Assembly (NCBI GenBank): GCA_000165425.1
Contig: CT867996.1
Coordinates: 186,001-250,000, forward strand
Length of the DNA stretch: 64,000 nucleotides
Direction of reading: 5' to 3'
Origin: Paramecium tetraurelia
Lineage: Eukaryota
Both the position numbers and the translations under genes were made by a program. The notes under the pieces were generated by a model, which ran no database searches, was not told the DNA's origin, and saw only the letters and a list, made by a program, of their open reading frames with translations. Shown in pieces: positions 41,463 through 54,523 of this stretch (positions within the stretch are counted from its first letter, which is position 1; each line of letters begins with the position of its first letter).

Positions 41463-41810
41463 TCAATCGAATAGTTCAACTTCTTGGATGAAGGCATCAG
41501 AATCAAAAGATGAGATAAGATTTTCAAGTTCCTTAAATTTTTCATCTCTTGTCATTGGATTATTGGGCCTTTCATAATATAAGGATTCAAATGTTTAAAG
41601 TCTATTAGTATTGGTGATGATTACATACAAAACTTTCCGCGGACTTTACGAATGAGTTTATGCAAATGATTGCTTTGAAGTGCTATCCCAAAGAATGTTA
41701 GAATTTGAACCTTGTTTACTAGAACGAGACGCACTAAACTATAGTCTTAAAGGTATTGGTGTATAAATGATGGAAGAGCCGTGGGATTCAGGTGTTTGCT
41801 AATTAGACAT
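41463..41810 (-). CDS. Small hypothetical S/T-rich protein
   Basis: MSNQQTPESHGSSIIYTPIPLRL...YERPNNPMTRDEKFKELE...ELFD-TGA, probable 27-nt intron. Confidence 0.7.
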
Positions 41811-42279
41811 ATTATATTTAATTTTAATGAATACGAATGAGATTAATATTAGATACCTCTAATACATTTATTAGGCTATCGATTCAAATAATCCACCCTT
41901 AGCTCACCTTGAACTGAACTCCCTCTCTGGAGACTGTCAAAATGTTTTATTAAGATTATTTAAATGATTTATATTAAGGGTTTAATTGGAGATATATTTG
42001 AAACTTTGATTGACATCAAAAATCTATTTAATTTTACTTAAATGATCCAAATTACACATCGAATTGCCATCCACAAAAAGGCAATTGACTTCTGAATTAC
42101 CCCCATTTCCCTCTCTAACTAAATTGATAGAGAAACTCGGAATTGCTAATATTGAATCAAGATTTCTAAAAGGAGTGCTCGAACTACTATACTTGATAAC
42201 CAAAAGTAAAATTAAAAATAAAATCAAATTATTCTAATTTGGGAAACAAAGTTGACCGAATTGATTTTTAAATTAATTA

Positions 42280-43244
42280 ATGGGAGCTTGTCAACATTTA
42301 TGCAGATAATAACTTGTAATCTAATAGGAAGTCACAATCCAATAGAAACGGTAGAAAAAGAAACAATCTGATAAGGATTCAAAGACTAATCCTAATTGTT
42401 CTCAAAAAGGAGTTGTCGAAGAAAACATAGGAGAAGAATTTCGGTCTCCCCAAGAAATTTAGTATTTTCACAAAAGAATCAAGAATCTCAATATAGCAGG
42501 TGATCGGAAAAACAGATTTATGCATGATATAGAAGAAGAAATAAAGTATATAATTAGGAAGAAGTATCGTATTAATCGTAACTTAGCATCGAAGAAGAGC
42601 GGGAAAATTTGAAACGCGTTCAATAAATATATGAACAAGAACTTGAACTTTAAAGGAAAGAACAACTCAAAAAATAAAAAGAATAATTAGACAACCAATT
42701 TTCTTTTTAAAATTCCATCATTCAATCAAGTGATAACCCAAGTGAACATCCAAGTGCCAATCCCTTCTAACCAAAATCAACATCCTAATTTGCCCCGAGG
42801 AGAAATGATAATGATACAGTTTCTCAAAAATCTTAAATCTCTAAAACTCCTACTCCTCCTTACAAAGACAAATCAATTTCCTCTTAATCTGATGCCATGA
42901 GAAAAAGTGCTTTAATCAAAATCATTCAAGCAAGAGAAGAATTAGCCAGTAATAATGCAAGTAAAGGCTCTTCCAAAAAGAAATTGATGCTTGATGCCTA
43001 TGAAAAAATGTTTAGCGAATTCTTTTCCCAAGACGAACGAGGATCAAGCAGCTAAAGCAAAAGCCATAAAAGCATTTTAAAGAATAGATCTTTAACTCAT
43101 CGCAGTTTCTCAGGTAGTAAATCCATTAAATCCACTCATACTGCTGTTAAAAAATCAAAACGAGTTAGATTTTCAAAGGAGACCAATTTCAGTTATGAAA
43201 GAAAATCAACAGAAAAGAAAAAGAAAAGCTTTTGGGATTGGTGA
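42280..43244 (+). CDS. Hypothetical low-complexity protein with putative N-myristoylation/palmitoylation (MGAC) and an RVxF-like motif
   Basis: MGACQHLC..., KSILKNRS, KRVRFS, ends SFWDW-TGA. Confidence 0.65.
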
Positions 43245-43280
43245 ATATTTTCGATATTAACAACCACAACCTACATCTAC

Positions 43281-44195
43281 ATGATTAAAGATCTATATTA
43301 TACTTACATTTGCAAACCGTTATAATATTCACAATATAAATGCTCTCCAAATGATGTCACTTTGGCATCTAGTATTCCAAGAAGTGATTATTTAAATAAC
43401 AAATAATTATCATTTAATTCTTTTGAAAAAGTGTTGATGATATTAGGAGCCGTAACAAAAATTTAGAAAGTAAATTCAACTGTTTTGGGATAAGATAGGC
43501 TGATTAGGTAACAACAATTAATTATAAAGAACTTACACATTTTTGTTACGGGTCTTCAAGTTGCATTTACTCAAGAAAATCAAAAGTGGAGAATGTCTCA
43601 GAATGTGGCAAAACAAATTAGATGCACTCTGTTCTCACTTCTCCATGACCAGAAGAGTATTTAATTTCATTAAATGTAGATTTTGAGATGGTCAAGAACA
43701 GCATTCTATCTTCAGATCCTATTTAATAAATTGAGTCAATAAAAGAGCAATCATCACTTCAAACATTATAGGAATCTCTATGACATCCTGTTCTACACCT
43801 ATCTTATAATTACAGACATAAGTGACATTATTTATTGGATGTGCTTAATAGGGCTATGTAATAACACGAATTTGCAAAAATTTACTAAGGAATACGCACC
43901 TAGGTTTTATTTAATAGAATGCATTGGGTGGTTTATATCCTTATGTTTTGAATATCGAGTTAATCAAATAGATATTGCTAAGGCTAATTTACAAAAGGAC
44001 CCAAAGAATAAAATTAAAATAAGATAAATTCAAATTCTCCAAAACTTAGTCAAATATGCCTTGGACATCCCAGTTTCCTATTCTTATGTAAATACTTAGG
44101 CTATCACACAAGAAAAGGCTGTGATTTTAGGGACATTTTCAAGCATTATCAGTCTATATCAAACATTTAAGTTGCATTCTGGAGGTTTCTAATGA
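43281..44195 (+). CDS. PEX11-like peroxisomal membrane protein
   Basis: LRWSRTAFYL, DIIYWMCLIGL, C-terminal NLVKYALDIPV...ILGTFSSIISLY resemble PEX11. Confidence 0.6.
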
Positions 44196-44371
44196 CTTTT
44201 GCAGGGTTTTAATGATTAAAATATGTATATGTTGTTTATTTTAGAAGCATGATAATTGTATTGAATAATATTTAATAATTAATGAATTAAATTGAAACCA
44301 ACAATTTAACTTTGAATTCAGAGTGTCTTTAACAGGTTTTGAGTTACATTCCAATCAATCAAAGACTAAAA

Positions 44372-45540
44372 ATGAGAGAATTAAATTCCTTTTTTGATTA
44401 AGCTGTTTGCTCAACATCATTCCCTTTGCTTATGGATTTAATATAGGATGAAAATTTTAAGCCAAAAGAAGTGAACAACCTGTTATCCAAGTTCGTCAAA
44501 CCATAATAAATTATATTTCCAAACCTTAATGCACGAGAGTTGTAGGAGCTTGTGATTCCAAAGGATCTGTCAGATTTAATAAAATTTGATTCCTATTTAA
44601 TCACTGATGTTCCATTGGAATACATTGAAAAAGTAGTGTCTGCTTCTCCAAAATTAAGATCATTTGGATTCAAAAACAGAAATACTGATGATTTGAGCAA
44701 TGTCACAAAGTCTTTATCAAAGTTATCTATTTGCGAACTCAAGGTTGGAGAATGGAATTAATAAGTCAAGGAAATCGTTATTTAATAAGCAGATCACTTA
44801 AAAAGCATTACAATAGAAAAAGGAAATAATGAAGTACTCAGAGATTTGATTGCGTTGTATAACTCAATGAAACATTCGAGCGTTAGTAATAAAGAAGAAT
44901 AATTAAAATCGGAGTAAAGTGAGTTTTCGAATAAATTAAATCTTTAAGAGATAAGGTTTACATAATTTGAAAGTTCATCCAATTAACATGAGAGTCTAGA
45001 GGTATTTGAAGAATTACTTAATTAATACCACTTGAAGTCTTTCCATTTTGGGATAATCCAAGGAGAATATCAAGAATAATGTATATTGTTATAAGAGAAC
45101 TTTTTCCAACATCTCAAAGGTATTATTTCATTGTTAAAGAATAGAAATTCAAGAATTGCAATTTGGGTTTAAGGATTAAAGTTTATTGATGAAGGTGAAG
45201 CTAAAGAAAATAGAAAGCTTAAGATTATCAGGGTTTAAATTCGTAAAGGAGAATTTCTAATGGTTAATGAAACAGGCTAAACTATTTAATAGGATTGATT
45301 TGAGGGAATGTACCTTTGATTTTGCATTTACAGATAGCATAGAGAAGGTGGAATAACATGATACTATGGTGGATGTTTATGTAAGGAAGATTATCATATT
45401 GTAAGGTTAATACGAAAATTAATGAATAGTGGTCTTGCCAATTAGCGTAGTTTTAATATAATAATATTTGGATTAACTTCATCTTTCCATTTTTGTACGA
45501 TTTAGAAGAAGAATTAGAACTTTAGACACAAAATAAATGA
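44372..45540 (+). CDS. Hypothetical protein, possibly LRR/RNI-like
   Basis: Long open code-6 frame with LxxLxL-like spacing (SPKLRSFGF, HLKSITI), TGA at 45538. Confidence 0.6.
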
Positions 45541-45967
45541 TGATTGTTAATTTATATTAGAAAAATAAGGATAAATTTATAAAGCTAAATAGCTATCAAA
45601 TTTAAATAACTTATTAAATTATTTAATAAAATATATGGATCTAAAAATGGCTTATTATTGTTTATAAATGAAAATTATAACCATAATATAGATAAGGTAT
45701 ATAAATAATTGACGAAATTATGGTTAACTTTAAATGTATATAATATATTAAATTGTAATAGTTCTCATTAAGAATGAATGCTGAATAAAAGGAGGATGAC
45801 AAGGATGACAGAAAATATGGTAAAATTTAATTTAATGTACATCGCATTAATTTACTGATGATAATATGTGTAATGACGGATTAATTTTTGAATGAGTCAT
45901 AGTTGAGTTTATATCACAAATATTTCTTGAAATCTAATAATTCTTTTAAAATAACTAACATAAATCA

Positions 45968-46674
45968 ATGAGAAGAAGATTTGGGGCAATCCATTCAGAT
46001 ACTACTGAAGAATATATTCAACAAGCCCAATCAGCTTGGAACAAGGATCTATTTTATTATGAGGGCACTTCTAAGAAATCGGCATAAAACTATGGGAACT
46101 TTGATTTTGATGAGCGGGAAACTAATGTATGAATGCAATCTTATATTGTAGAATACTGAAATAGAGGAGGAAGTATAGATGGAAGCATAGAATGTTAAAA
46201 TAATTTTGATGGATGCTGAGAATGATTCTTAAACTGTTTTTGATTATTGTGGTCAAGAATATCATCAGCAGAAGAAGGATTTCGATTATGTTTCAAAGAT
46301 CGAAGTCAACAAAAATAAATAGATCACCTACCATTTTTGGATCAATAATATTCATTCAACCAAATTTACTGATATCGTTGATGGTAAAATTTATAATTTA
46401 ATATTTAGTTTATGTAAAAAATTGTGATGTCGTGATTTACATGTACAATAAATCAGTCGAAGAACATTACCAAGAATTTGTGGAGAAGATATCCAGAATA
46501 AATAATAAGAGTTTTGTTATTTACAAAGTTAACAATGCTATGAATAGAACTCAGGTATTTTTAATTTTTTAATTTTAGAGTTTTAAATCTTTAAATGAGA
46601 AGAATTAAGAAAATGTCATTGCAGTTAAAAGCCTGTAAGAAGCTATCACAAAAACGATTAACTAATATATTTGA
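45968..46674 (+). CDS. Degenerate Rab/Ras-like protein
   Basis: KIILMD...DFDYVSKIEV...ITYHFW...VYVKNCDVVIYMY follows small-GTPase strand order but lacks GxxxxGKS and DTAGQ. Confidence 0.5.
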
Positions 46675-46826
46675 TTATAAACCAATATTTATTTTGCGTA
46701 CTACCATTGCTAAATAAATTTACTTTGCGAGTCATCTTTGAGTGTGCATCGTTGGAATGTGATATTTTAATTTTATATCATTTTAATGTTATTATGTAAA
46801 ACGGATTTATTTTCATTTATTTTTAT

Positions 46827-48020
46827 ATGAAATTATTATTGTTTGTGTTGTTCGTATACACTTATGCGACAAGTGCACAATACAGATAAGCGATGGAGGA
46901 TGTATGCATTAAACTATTCTCTAGCTCAATGATGATAACTTTGGTCAAACCCTTCTTGAAACCATTCAAATGCACATCTAATCTGATGAACCTGTAGGTA
47001 ATTTGATCAACATGTTATAAAATCTTCAATCATAAGTCGAGAAAGTGTAATACAAGGCTGATGAATAACATAAGAGAATCACTACAAATTGCAATATCAA
47101 CCTAGATTAATTGAATGACCAAATCAATAATTATAAAATTAAATCTGTTACTCTAAAATCATACATTGACAATCTAAACCCAAATGTCAAATAGAGTGTG
47201 GCTACAGTTGAAAGAAAACAAAAGGAATTAGTATTTTTACAAATAATACAGATAGGATGATTATAAGCAAGAATTGAAATAAGCAGCAGAAAAAAGAGAG
47301 AAAGAGCATAACACCTACACAAACATCCTTGATAACCTTGAGTAAGCCCTATTTGGTTTCCATCAAATTAAATTAGCATTCAATCAATTTATCGATTCTG
47401 TACAAAAAGGATAACGTAAATTTGAGTCATTTGTTGAAATGAAATAAGTCTTAAAATAAGTTAAACACACTTACAAACTCGAAGGCTATAAACATATTGT
47501 GTAGATGCTCTAGGCTCTATCCAAATAGACAAGCGAAGAAGTATTACATTTCATAGATATTAGGAAGCATTAAAATTAGCAATTCAATTAAGTGCCATTC
47601 TCAAATAAATTGAGTCATACATCCAGACTGAACGAACCAGAGAAGACCAAGCAGAATTGGCAAGAGAAACAGCCTATAATGATTACAAAGCTCAAATAGC
47701 TGATTTGTTCAATGAAGCTTCTAAATCTCTTACTGAAATGACAGGTATGATTTGCGAATAAATGAGGGATATTGGATAGTCAGTCTAATGAATTGAAGTT
47801 GAGTGAGAATGAAAAGAAAGAGGCAGATGTTAGATTGCAAAATAAAATGAAAGAGTTTGATAACATTCAAGCAGAATGCTCAATATTAGATTAAGAATAT
47901 TAATAACAAAATAGATAGAGAAATCAACAAAGTAAATTACTTGATTAAGCAATTCTATTAACCACAACTTCATTAGGATAATTGAAGAGTGACTTATTAA
48001 AACATGCTGAAGTTTATTGA
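46827..48020 (+). CDS. Trichocyst matrix protein / granule lattice-like precursor
   Basis: Signal peptide MKLLLFVLFVYTYA, FGQTLLETIQMHI, acidic coiled coils with sparse Cys, ~370 aa. Confidence 0.78.
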
Positions 48021-48103
48021 CATATACAAACCCACAAAATTTAAGAATTATTATTCTGCATTTATCATTCTCTTTTTATATTAATATAATTATAAAGAAT
48101 ATA

Positions 48104-49577
48104 ATGTCTAAAATCGATGAACAATAGATCATCAAAAATACTAAAAGTATGCAGAAGATGCAGGAAATTGCAGATCGCATCTATGCTACTACTGGTGATT
48201 TAACCAAAAGTACGAACATAGCAATATATAGCAATTAGTTCTGATAGCATCTTGAAACCGTCTAAATTGACATAAGAGTAATTATTAATACAGGCTAAGA
48301 AGATGGATAGTATTTAAGATAGTAAGTAGAAGAAGGGCAAAGGATAATAATCTACTTCAGCCAATAAAACAGAGTTGAACACAACTGAATGGTTGAATAA
48401 ATTATAGGAAATATAGTAATAACATAATGAAGAGAAGAAGAAACTTAGAGAGGAGCTTATAGCAAGATATGTGCAAAGGGAAATGGAATTCAAAAAAACT
48501 ATCGATGAATTACAATAAGAATTGAGATCTAGAACTGCCCTGGATCAGACTGATAAGAAAGTTATGGAGATGATTTACAAAGATCATAGTAAAATTATTG
48601 AAGGAATAAATAATATTTAATTGAGGACTTCTAAAATTCTAGTAGACTAAGAAAGAGATATTATAAGATTCTTTAATAATAAAATTAATGAGATAAAGAA
48701 ATAGTTTTAAGAGGAAAGAGAGAAGAAGGGCTAGAATGATAAAGAGTATATTTAGAAGGAGAATCAATTGATTAGCGAATTAGAGTGGATTAAGAGGATT
48801 GCTTAGAAAATTGATGATGAAAATCATTAGCTGATGTAGAAGTATAAAGAATTGAAAGTTGAGTATTAAACTTAGGAAAGAGATAGAGAAATGTTGATGA
48901 AAGAGTTGATAATCAAGAAGAAGGAAAATGCCATACTCAAATCATAAATTTAATAGTATGAAAAATTATTGAATGATGTTCAAAAAGAGGATGAATAAGA
49001 ATCCTATTAGGACTTAATCTTGGATAAATCGGGGGTTAAAAATCAAAAAACTGATAAATCTAAATAGTCATCCTAGCAATAAGTAAGACTTCCCTAAATA
49101 GCAAATCCATAAGCTTCATAAAATGTTGATGATGCTTCTAAAAACAAGTATGACATTTAATTTTAAGAGAGTAGATATTAGAATATTATTAAGACATATC
49201 AAGACACTTTGAAGAAGGAATAGAAAAGGCTGAGGGATATCAAATAACTTTATACAAAAGAATTGTCAGCAAAAACAGAATTATATAATATTTTGAGGCA
49301 GTGTATTGAAGATATTAAAGAAGAGATAATTTAAGTGAGGAGTGATGAGAGGACTTTGAAGAAAAATAAAAGTATTAAATGAGTTTATTTAGACCTAAGT
49401 AATGAAGAGGTGAAAATGGAGAAGGAAGATAGAGAGAAGCTGATTGAGAATTTATTGAAACATGAAAGAGTCATAGAAGTTATCAGCGATAAGATATTTT
49501 ATAACAAGAAAAACTATGATGAGACTCTTTTGCAATAGCAATAGGAAGAGACGAATTACAATGATGAATAATATTGA
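48104..49577 (+). CDS. Coiled-coil protein
   Basis: MSKIDEQQIIKNTK..., RTSKILVDQERDIIRFFNNKINE, ends DEQY-TGA; tiny introns. Confidence 0.75.
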
Positions 49578-49600
49578 ATATTTTAATTTTAACTTAGTTA

Positions 49601-49912
49601 ATCACAACGTAGAACTTTTTGTAAATGCCTCAATAAGAAAATTGCTAATAGGGGTATTTTATCTTACACACCTATATTTTATAATCTAGTCTTATCACTA
49701 AACAATTATAAAATTGTAAGGCCTTTCTTAAAATTTCTAATAAATATTGACACATTATGTCAAATGCTTATCACAAGTATCGTCTACTATACAAGTCCTC
49801 TATTCATCAGGACATTTGTAAAAAACATAGTTTTAATCAGGGTCAATTGGTTGTTGGAATGTTACTAGGGCTATCAGAAATGTGAAAAATAGTTTGATAT
49901 AAGTGTAAATCG
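49601..49912 (-). pseudogene. Small Cys-rich secreted protein, disrupted
   Basis: Signal-like IYTYIKLFFTFLIALVT preceded by ACG where an ATG is expected; CPDEQRTCIVDDTCDKHLTQC, then a frame break/TGA. Confidence 0.45.
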
Positions 49913-49958
49913 TTATAAATTATATACACACAACTTAATTAAAAAACAAAGAGTAAAT

Positions 49959-50984
49959 TCAAATTGAAATTGTGATTTATGAGACTTGCAAATGCTCCTC
50001 TCTAGCATATTTTCTCTTCACAGCTGGATACAAAGTATTGTTTTAATTGTTGTAGTAAAGCTACAATAAATAAGTGGCACAATATTTTGATTCGTCTGTG
50101 ATTTCCATTTCGGATTATATTCCTAAAATTTTGTTTGACAAGAGCAATGCCGAGTGAGCCAGTTATGAAGGCATATATTGTAGACTTTCATAACTATGCA
50201 AGGCAATCTCAAGTATGTAGGATGATAATTGAAATTGTTGGGTTTGAAATACTTTATTGTCTTCAATTTAAGTGTTTTCAATAACAGTAAATTCTAAGAA
50301 TCTTAGAGGACTGATGTAGTTTAGTGAAAAGTTAACAGTATTCAAAATGGAGCCTTCCATTTAGAGTATTTCTTCCTTGGTGTAGGCTCTGTCACAGACG
50401 TAGACAAAGTCTTTGATATTTGGAGGGTAGATTTCTTCAAATTTGGATGCAATGAAGAGGGATGCAACGCCCACCAATTGGAGTCGGTTCCTCTTGACGA
50501 TGTTGACACTAAGGTATCTGTCTATGAGGTTGATGGCTAGATAGAGACTGTTTGGAGACTAGAGGATATTAGATGTGACAAAATACAAGTTTGAATTTCA
50601 TGTGAACTTCTTCAATCCAGTCGATAAGGATGGACCTCATTTTTTAATTGATATCTTTTTGGGTTTGTTCCATAAAGCAGGAGTTAGGTAAGTAGTTACT
50701 CTAATTGAATAGAATAATTGATTTACTTATTCTTCTAAAATGTATCGAAATATGTCCTTTCTATAATTGCTAATGAATTGGGGGTTGCTTAATTCTTCGT
50801 CCATTCTACTACTGCTCAGACATGATTCATTATATTCTTCATCCATAGTGCTTCCCGATCCGCATGTTGAGGTTCGTTAATGTTTTGGGACTTTTTCGAA
50901 TGTTACTGATTTCGAGTTTCTTCTTAAGGAATTATATAAAGTGTTGTTGTTTTAATCTTCTATTTAGGTAAGAGAGGCAATCAT
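49959..50984 (-). CDS. Mitotic (A/B-type) cyclin
   Basis: MRSILIDWIEEVHMKF, LYLAINLIDRYL, LQLVGVASLFIASKFEEIYPP, EEILQMEGSIL, AVKRKYA. Confidence 0.93.
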
Positions 50985-51179
50985 TGCAATTAATTTAAAT
51001 TCGAATTATTGTTTTTATTTATTAATTTTGTTATTTCTTCAAATATTGGGGAAATGCCCAATTTGAATTTGAATTTCAAATTATGTTTTAATAACAGTTA
51101 TTAAATGCTTTCCTATTTCTCGCGCATATTCACTTTACTTCCCCATTCACCACGAGACTAATCTAAACTATATATACAT

Positions 51180-51740
51180 TCATTAAATTGTTTCCTTCAA
51201 TTTTTCGGCATTTTGTCAATAAGTGAAGGCTACAACACCCAAAATGGGCTATCAAATGGAGAATCCCTAATAAATCATCCTTAAAATAGACTCTAAGTAA
51301 ACATCTATTAATTCAAAATACAATATACTATAGTTTGGAAATAAGAATATTAGACTAAATATGCAGTTTGAACTTGATGGCGTGAACTTATATATATAAT
51401 TAGACATCTTAGTTGATTTAATGAGGAATTTAAATTCAATATACAACTTTAAGAAGGAAGAGCAATTTTGCAATAAATTATTCAAAAAATTTTATAATAA
51501 TTTTTATTTGCCATTCCTTTCCTAATTAATCCTTGCATCTTAATGAACATGATTTTGATAAATTTTATTCCTAAATCCATTTCTGTTATTTTGATCCTCA
51601 TTTCAACTCAAATTAGAGTATGCTGACTTATTGTAATGAGAACTACCTTACTTTAAGAATAAAATTGGAAGATTCTTATGAGAAAGCGTTGATGCATTCT
51701 GGAGAACACGAAAATGGTTGTCTTGAAGACTGATTTAGAA
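51180..51740 (-). pseudogene. Degraded membrane-protein remnant
   Basis: Fragments such as QPFSCSPECINAFSQ and GFSI*QPILGVVAFTY*QNAEKLKETIQ with TGA at probable Trp positions. Confidence 0.3.
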
Positions 51741-51946
51741 AATAATTTTATAATAATCACATTAATATAAGGGGGGTATTAAGATAAATCATAAAATTTC
51801 TTCATAAAATTTTAACTAAGTGAAAACAATTCGTATGACATCATATTTAGTTAATTACACATTATTAGATAGCTCATTATTTGAGAGTTAAATCCAGACT
51901 TAATGATGTTGCCTTATTTAAAAAAAATATCATTTATTTTTTTGCA

Positions 51947-54345
51947 ATGTCCATTTCAGAAGTCCAACACTAACTTAATTTGACAAGCTACTTGAATTAA
52001 TAAGCAACGGTGTCTGTGTTTCTCGGTGTAAAAGAGATCCAAATTGATCAGGTCTAACAATTAGCAACACATACCTACAAACTAACATTCAAGTAATGAG
52101 AATAATTAATGTTTTTAGGAACTCGAATAAAAAGATAATTTTGCACACGAAATCAAGCAATGCTCAAGTCACTGTAAGAATTTATAATAAAATCCCATAG
52201 GGTAACCAATTGGAAAAGGATTATATGATTGCGTAAAAATTATCAGCTGCAAACATGCCAGTCCCCAAGGCATTATTCTATTGTGGAGATCAATCCATAG
52301 TGGGCGTGCCTTTTTATGCAACTGAATATGTGGAAGGAAGACTATTCAACGATAAGAAGTTATTGAGTGTTTCTCAGACAGAAAAGAAATTGTTGTTTTA
52401 GGAGGTATCAAAAGCCTTGGCTCATTTACATTCTATCAGTTTAAATTATTTGGGACTTGGAGAATTGGAATCTCAAACTAGTCAATACCAAACACTCAAT
52501 AAAAAATTATATAACCTATACAAATTACATGAGACCAAAATTTCAACAAATGTGGAAGATTTATTGTATTGGTTGTCATTAAACTCACCAGTGAAATCAG
52601 AATTGGATAATCTTTGTTTGGTGCATGGTGACTTTTCATTATCCAAAGTTGTCTTCCATCCAACTGAACCAAAGGTCTTGGCCATCCTAGATTGGTAATA
52701 AGCCTAATTAGGAAATGCATTCATCGACTTGGCTAGTTTTGTCTCACCCTACTACATCCCCTATTCAAATGGATAACACCAAATTGATGGATGGTTTGGA
52801 ATTGAAGAAATTATTGCTCAACCCAATCTCCAAGAGGTCTTATCAGCCTATTTCACAACAAGATCAAGCGAAACTACTCAAGACATCAATTACCAACTGG
52901 TAATTTCATTGTTGAAACAATCAATCGATCAACAAATCCTCTATAAACAAACCAAAGAAGAGAAATATCAAGATAACTCTCATTTCATATCCAAGGCAGG
53001 TTATGAATTGCTATTGAGAACCACTGAAGGAGATCCTTTCGGAATAAAATTGAGAGCCAATAATGATGGTTAATTGTGGTCCAACTGGCCAGTTTCATAA
53101 AGATGCAAGAGTTACTACTATAGAATCAAGGATTTCATGAAGGATGAAATTTTCCCAGTTGAAAAAGCCATCTTGGATAAGGCCAGAGCAGTTCCAAGAA
53201 CAGTGAAAAACAAACCAATTGTAGAAATAGAAGAACTCTAAAGAAAAGCCAAAGCTGTTGGATTGTGGAACTTATTCATCTCAGATCCCATGTATGGCAA
53301 AGGATTAACTAATTTGGAGTATGTGTACCTTTCAGAACTCATGGGATTAAGTTATCTTGCTCATGAAGTGTTTAATTGTTTCGCACCAGAAACAGGAAAT
53401 ATCAAATTGCTGATCGCCTATGGAACACCACACCAGAAGGAGAAATACTTGAAACCATTATTGGAAGGATAATGCAAATCGTTTTTCGCAATGACTGAGA
53501 AGGATGTGCCATCTTCAGATCCAAATAATTTCTAATGCACCATCACACCTACTGAAGGGGGATTCATTCTCAATGGGGGCAAATGGTTTGTCTCCAGTGC
53601 TCCAGATGAAAGAGCCATCTTTGGAATCGTAATGGGTAAATCCTCCAAAGACATGAGCAACCCCATTGAATCATAATCGATGATTCTTGTTGACATGAAC
53701 AATCCCAAAATAAAAATTGTCAGACAATACTCTGTGTTGGGTTTCTTCGATGTGCCTCATGGTTATTCAGAAGTTGAATTTGATAATGCCTTCATTCCAC
53801 AAGAAAACCTCTTGGGACAACTTGGAGGAGCATTCAAAATGGCTTAAGGGAGATTATTGGGAGGAAGATTGCACCATTGTGTTAGACAAATTGGGTTAAC
53901 TAGGAGATGTCTAGATTTGATGATGGCGAGATCAGAGAAGAGAATCATTTTCAAGTAATCATTAAAGGATAATGCTGCCTTCTAAGAGAGATTAGGAGAT
54001 TTGGAAATTGCGTTCTAATCATGCAGATTATTAAGTTTAAATGCTGGATTGCTATTGGATTCTGCAGGATCCAGACATTTACATACATTCATGGCTGTCA
54101 GTGAATGCAAGGCTCACATTCCCAAGGCTTGTCAATACATCATTGACCAATGCATTCAAGCATTCGGTGCCGAGGGAGTAACTGAAGAGCAACCATTGAC
54201 TCTTGCATACCGTTTTGCCAGAGCTATTAGATTCATGGATGGACCATGTGAAATCCACCTTAGACAAATCTCAAGATTTGCTTATGGAAATCACTTATTC
54301 AATGATCTAAACAATGCTCAAGGATATGGATTAGCAAAGCTATGA
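51947..54345 (+). CDS. ACAD11: ACAD10/11-like fusion: APH/kinase-like domain plus acyl-CoA dehydrogenase, with PTS1 (AKL)
   Basis: [69 protein letters not shown]-terminal AKL. Confidence 0.9.
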
Positions 54346-54523
54346 TTTATTTAGTAAATAACAAATATATAATTTAAAATATAAATTATGCACATATATA
54401 AACTCTACACTAAATTATATTACACATCAAACCACCTCCTTGCCTATTAATTTTACTTAATATAAACTGAGCATTTTATATTAAGTTATTTCCCTTAAAT
54501 AATTTATTTAAATCATTATATCA

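Noticed and set aside
41600..41965. Long plus-strand coding-like frame
   Set aside because: Contains TGA and is the antisense of the well-formed minus-strand gene 41463-41810
42085..42115. Minus-strand AAATGGGGGTAATT resembling RNase MRP CR-V
   Set aside because: No matching GAAAGUCCCC CR-I partner seen upstream
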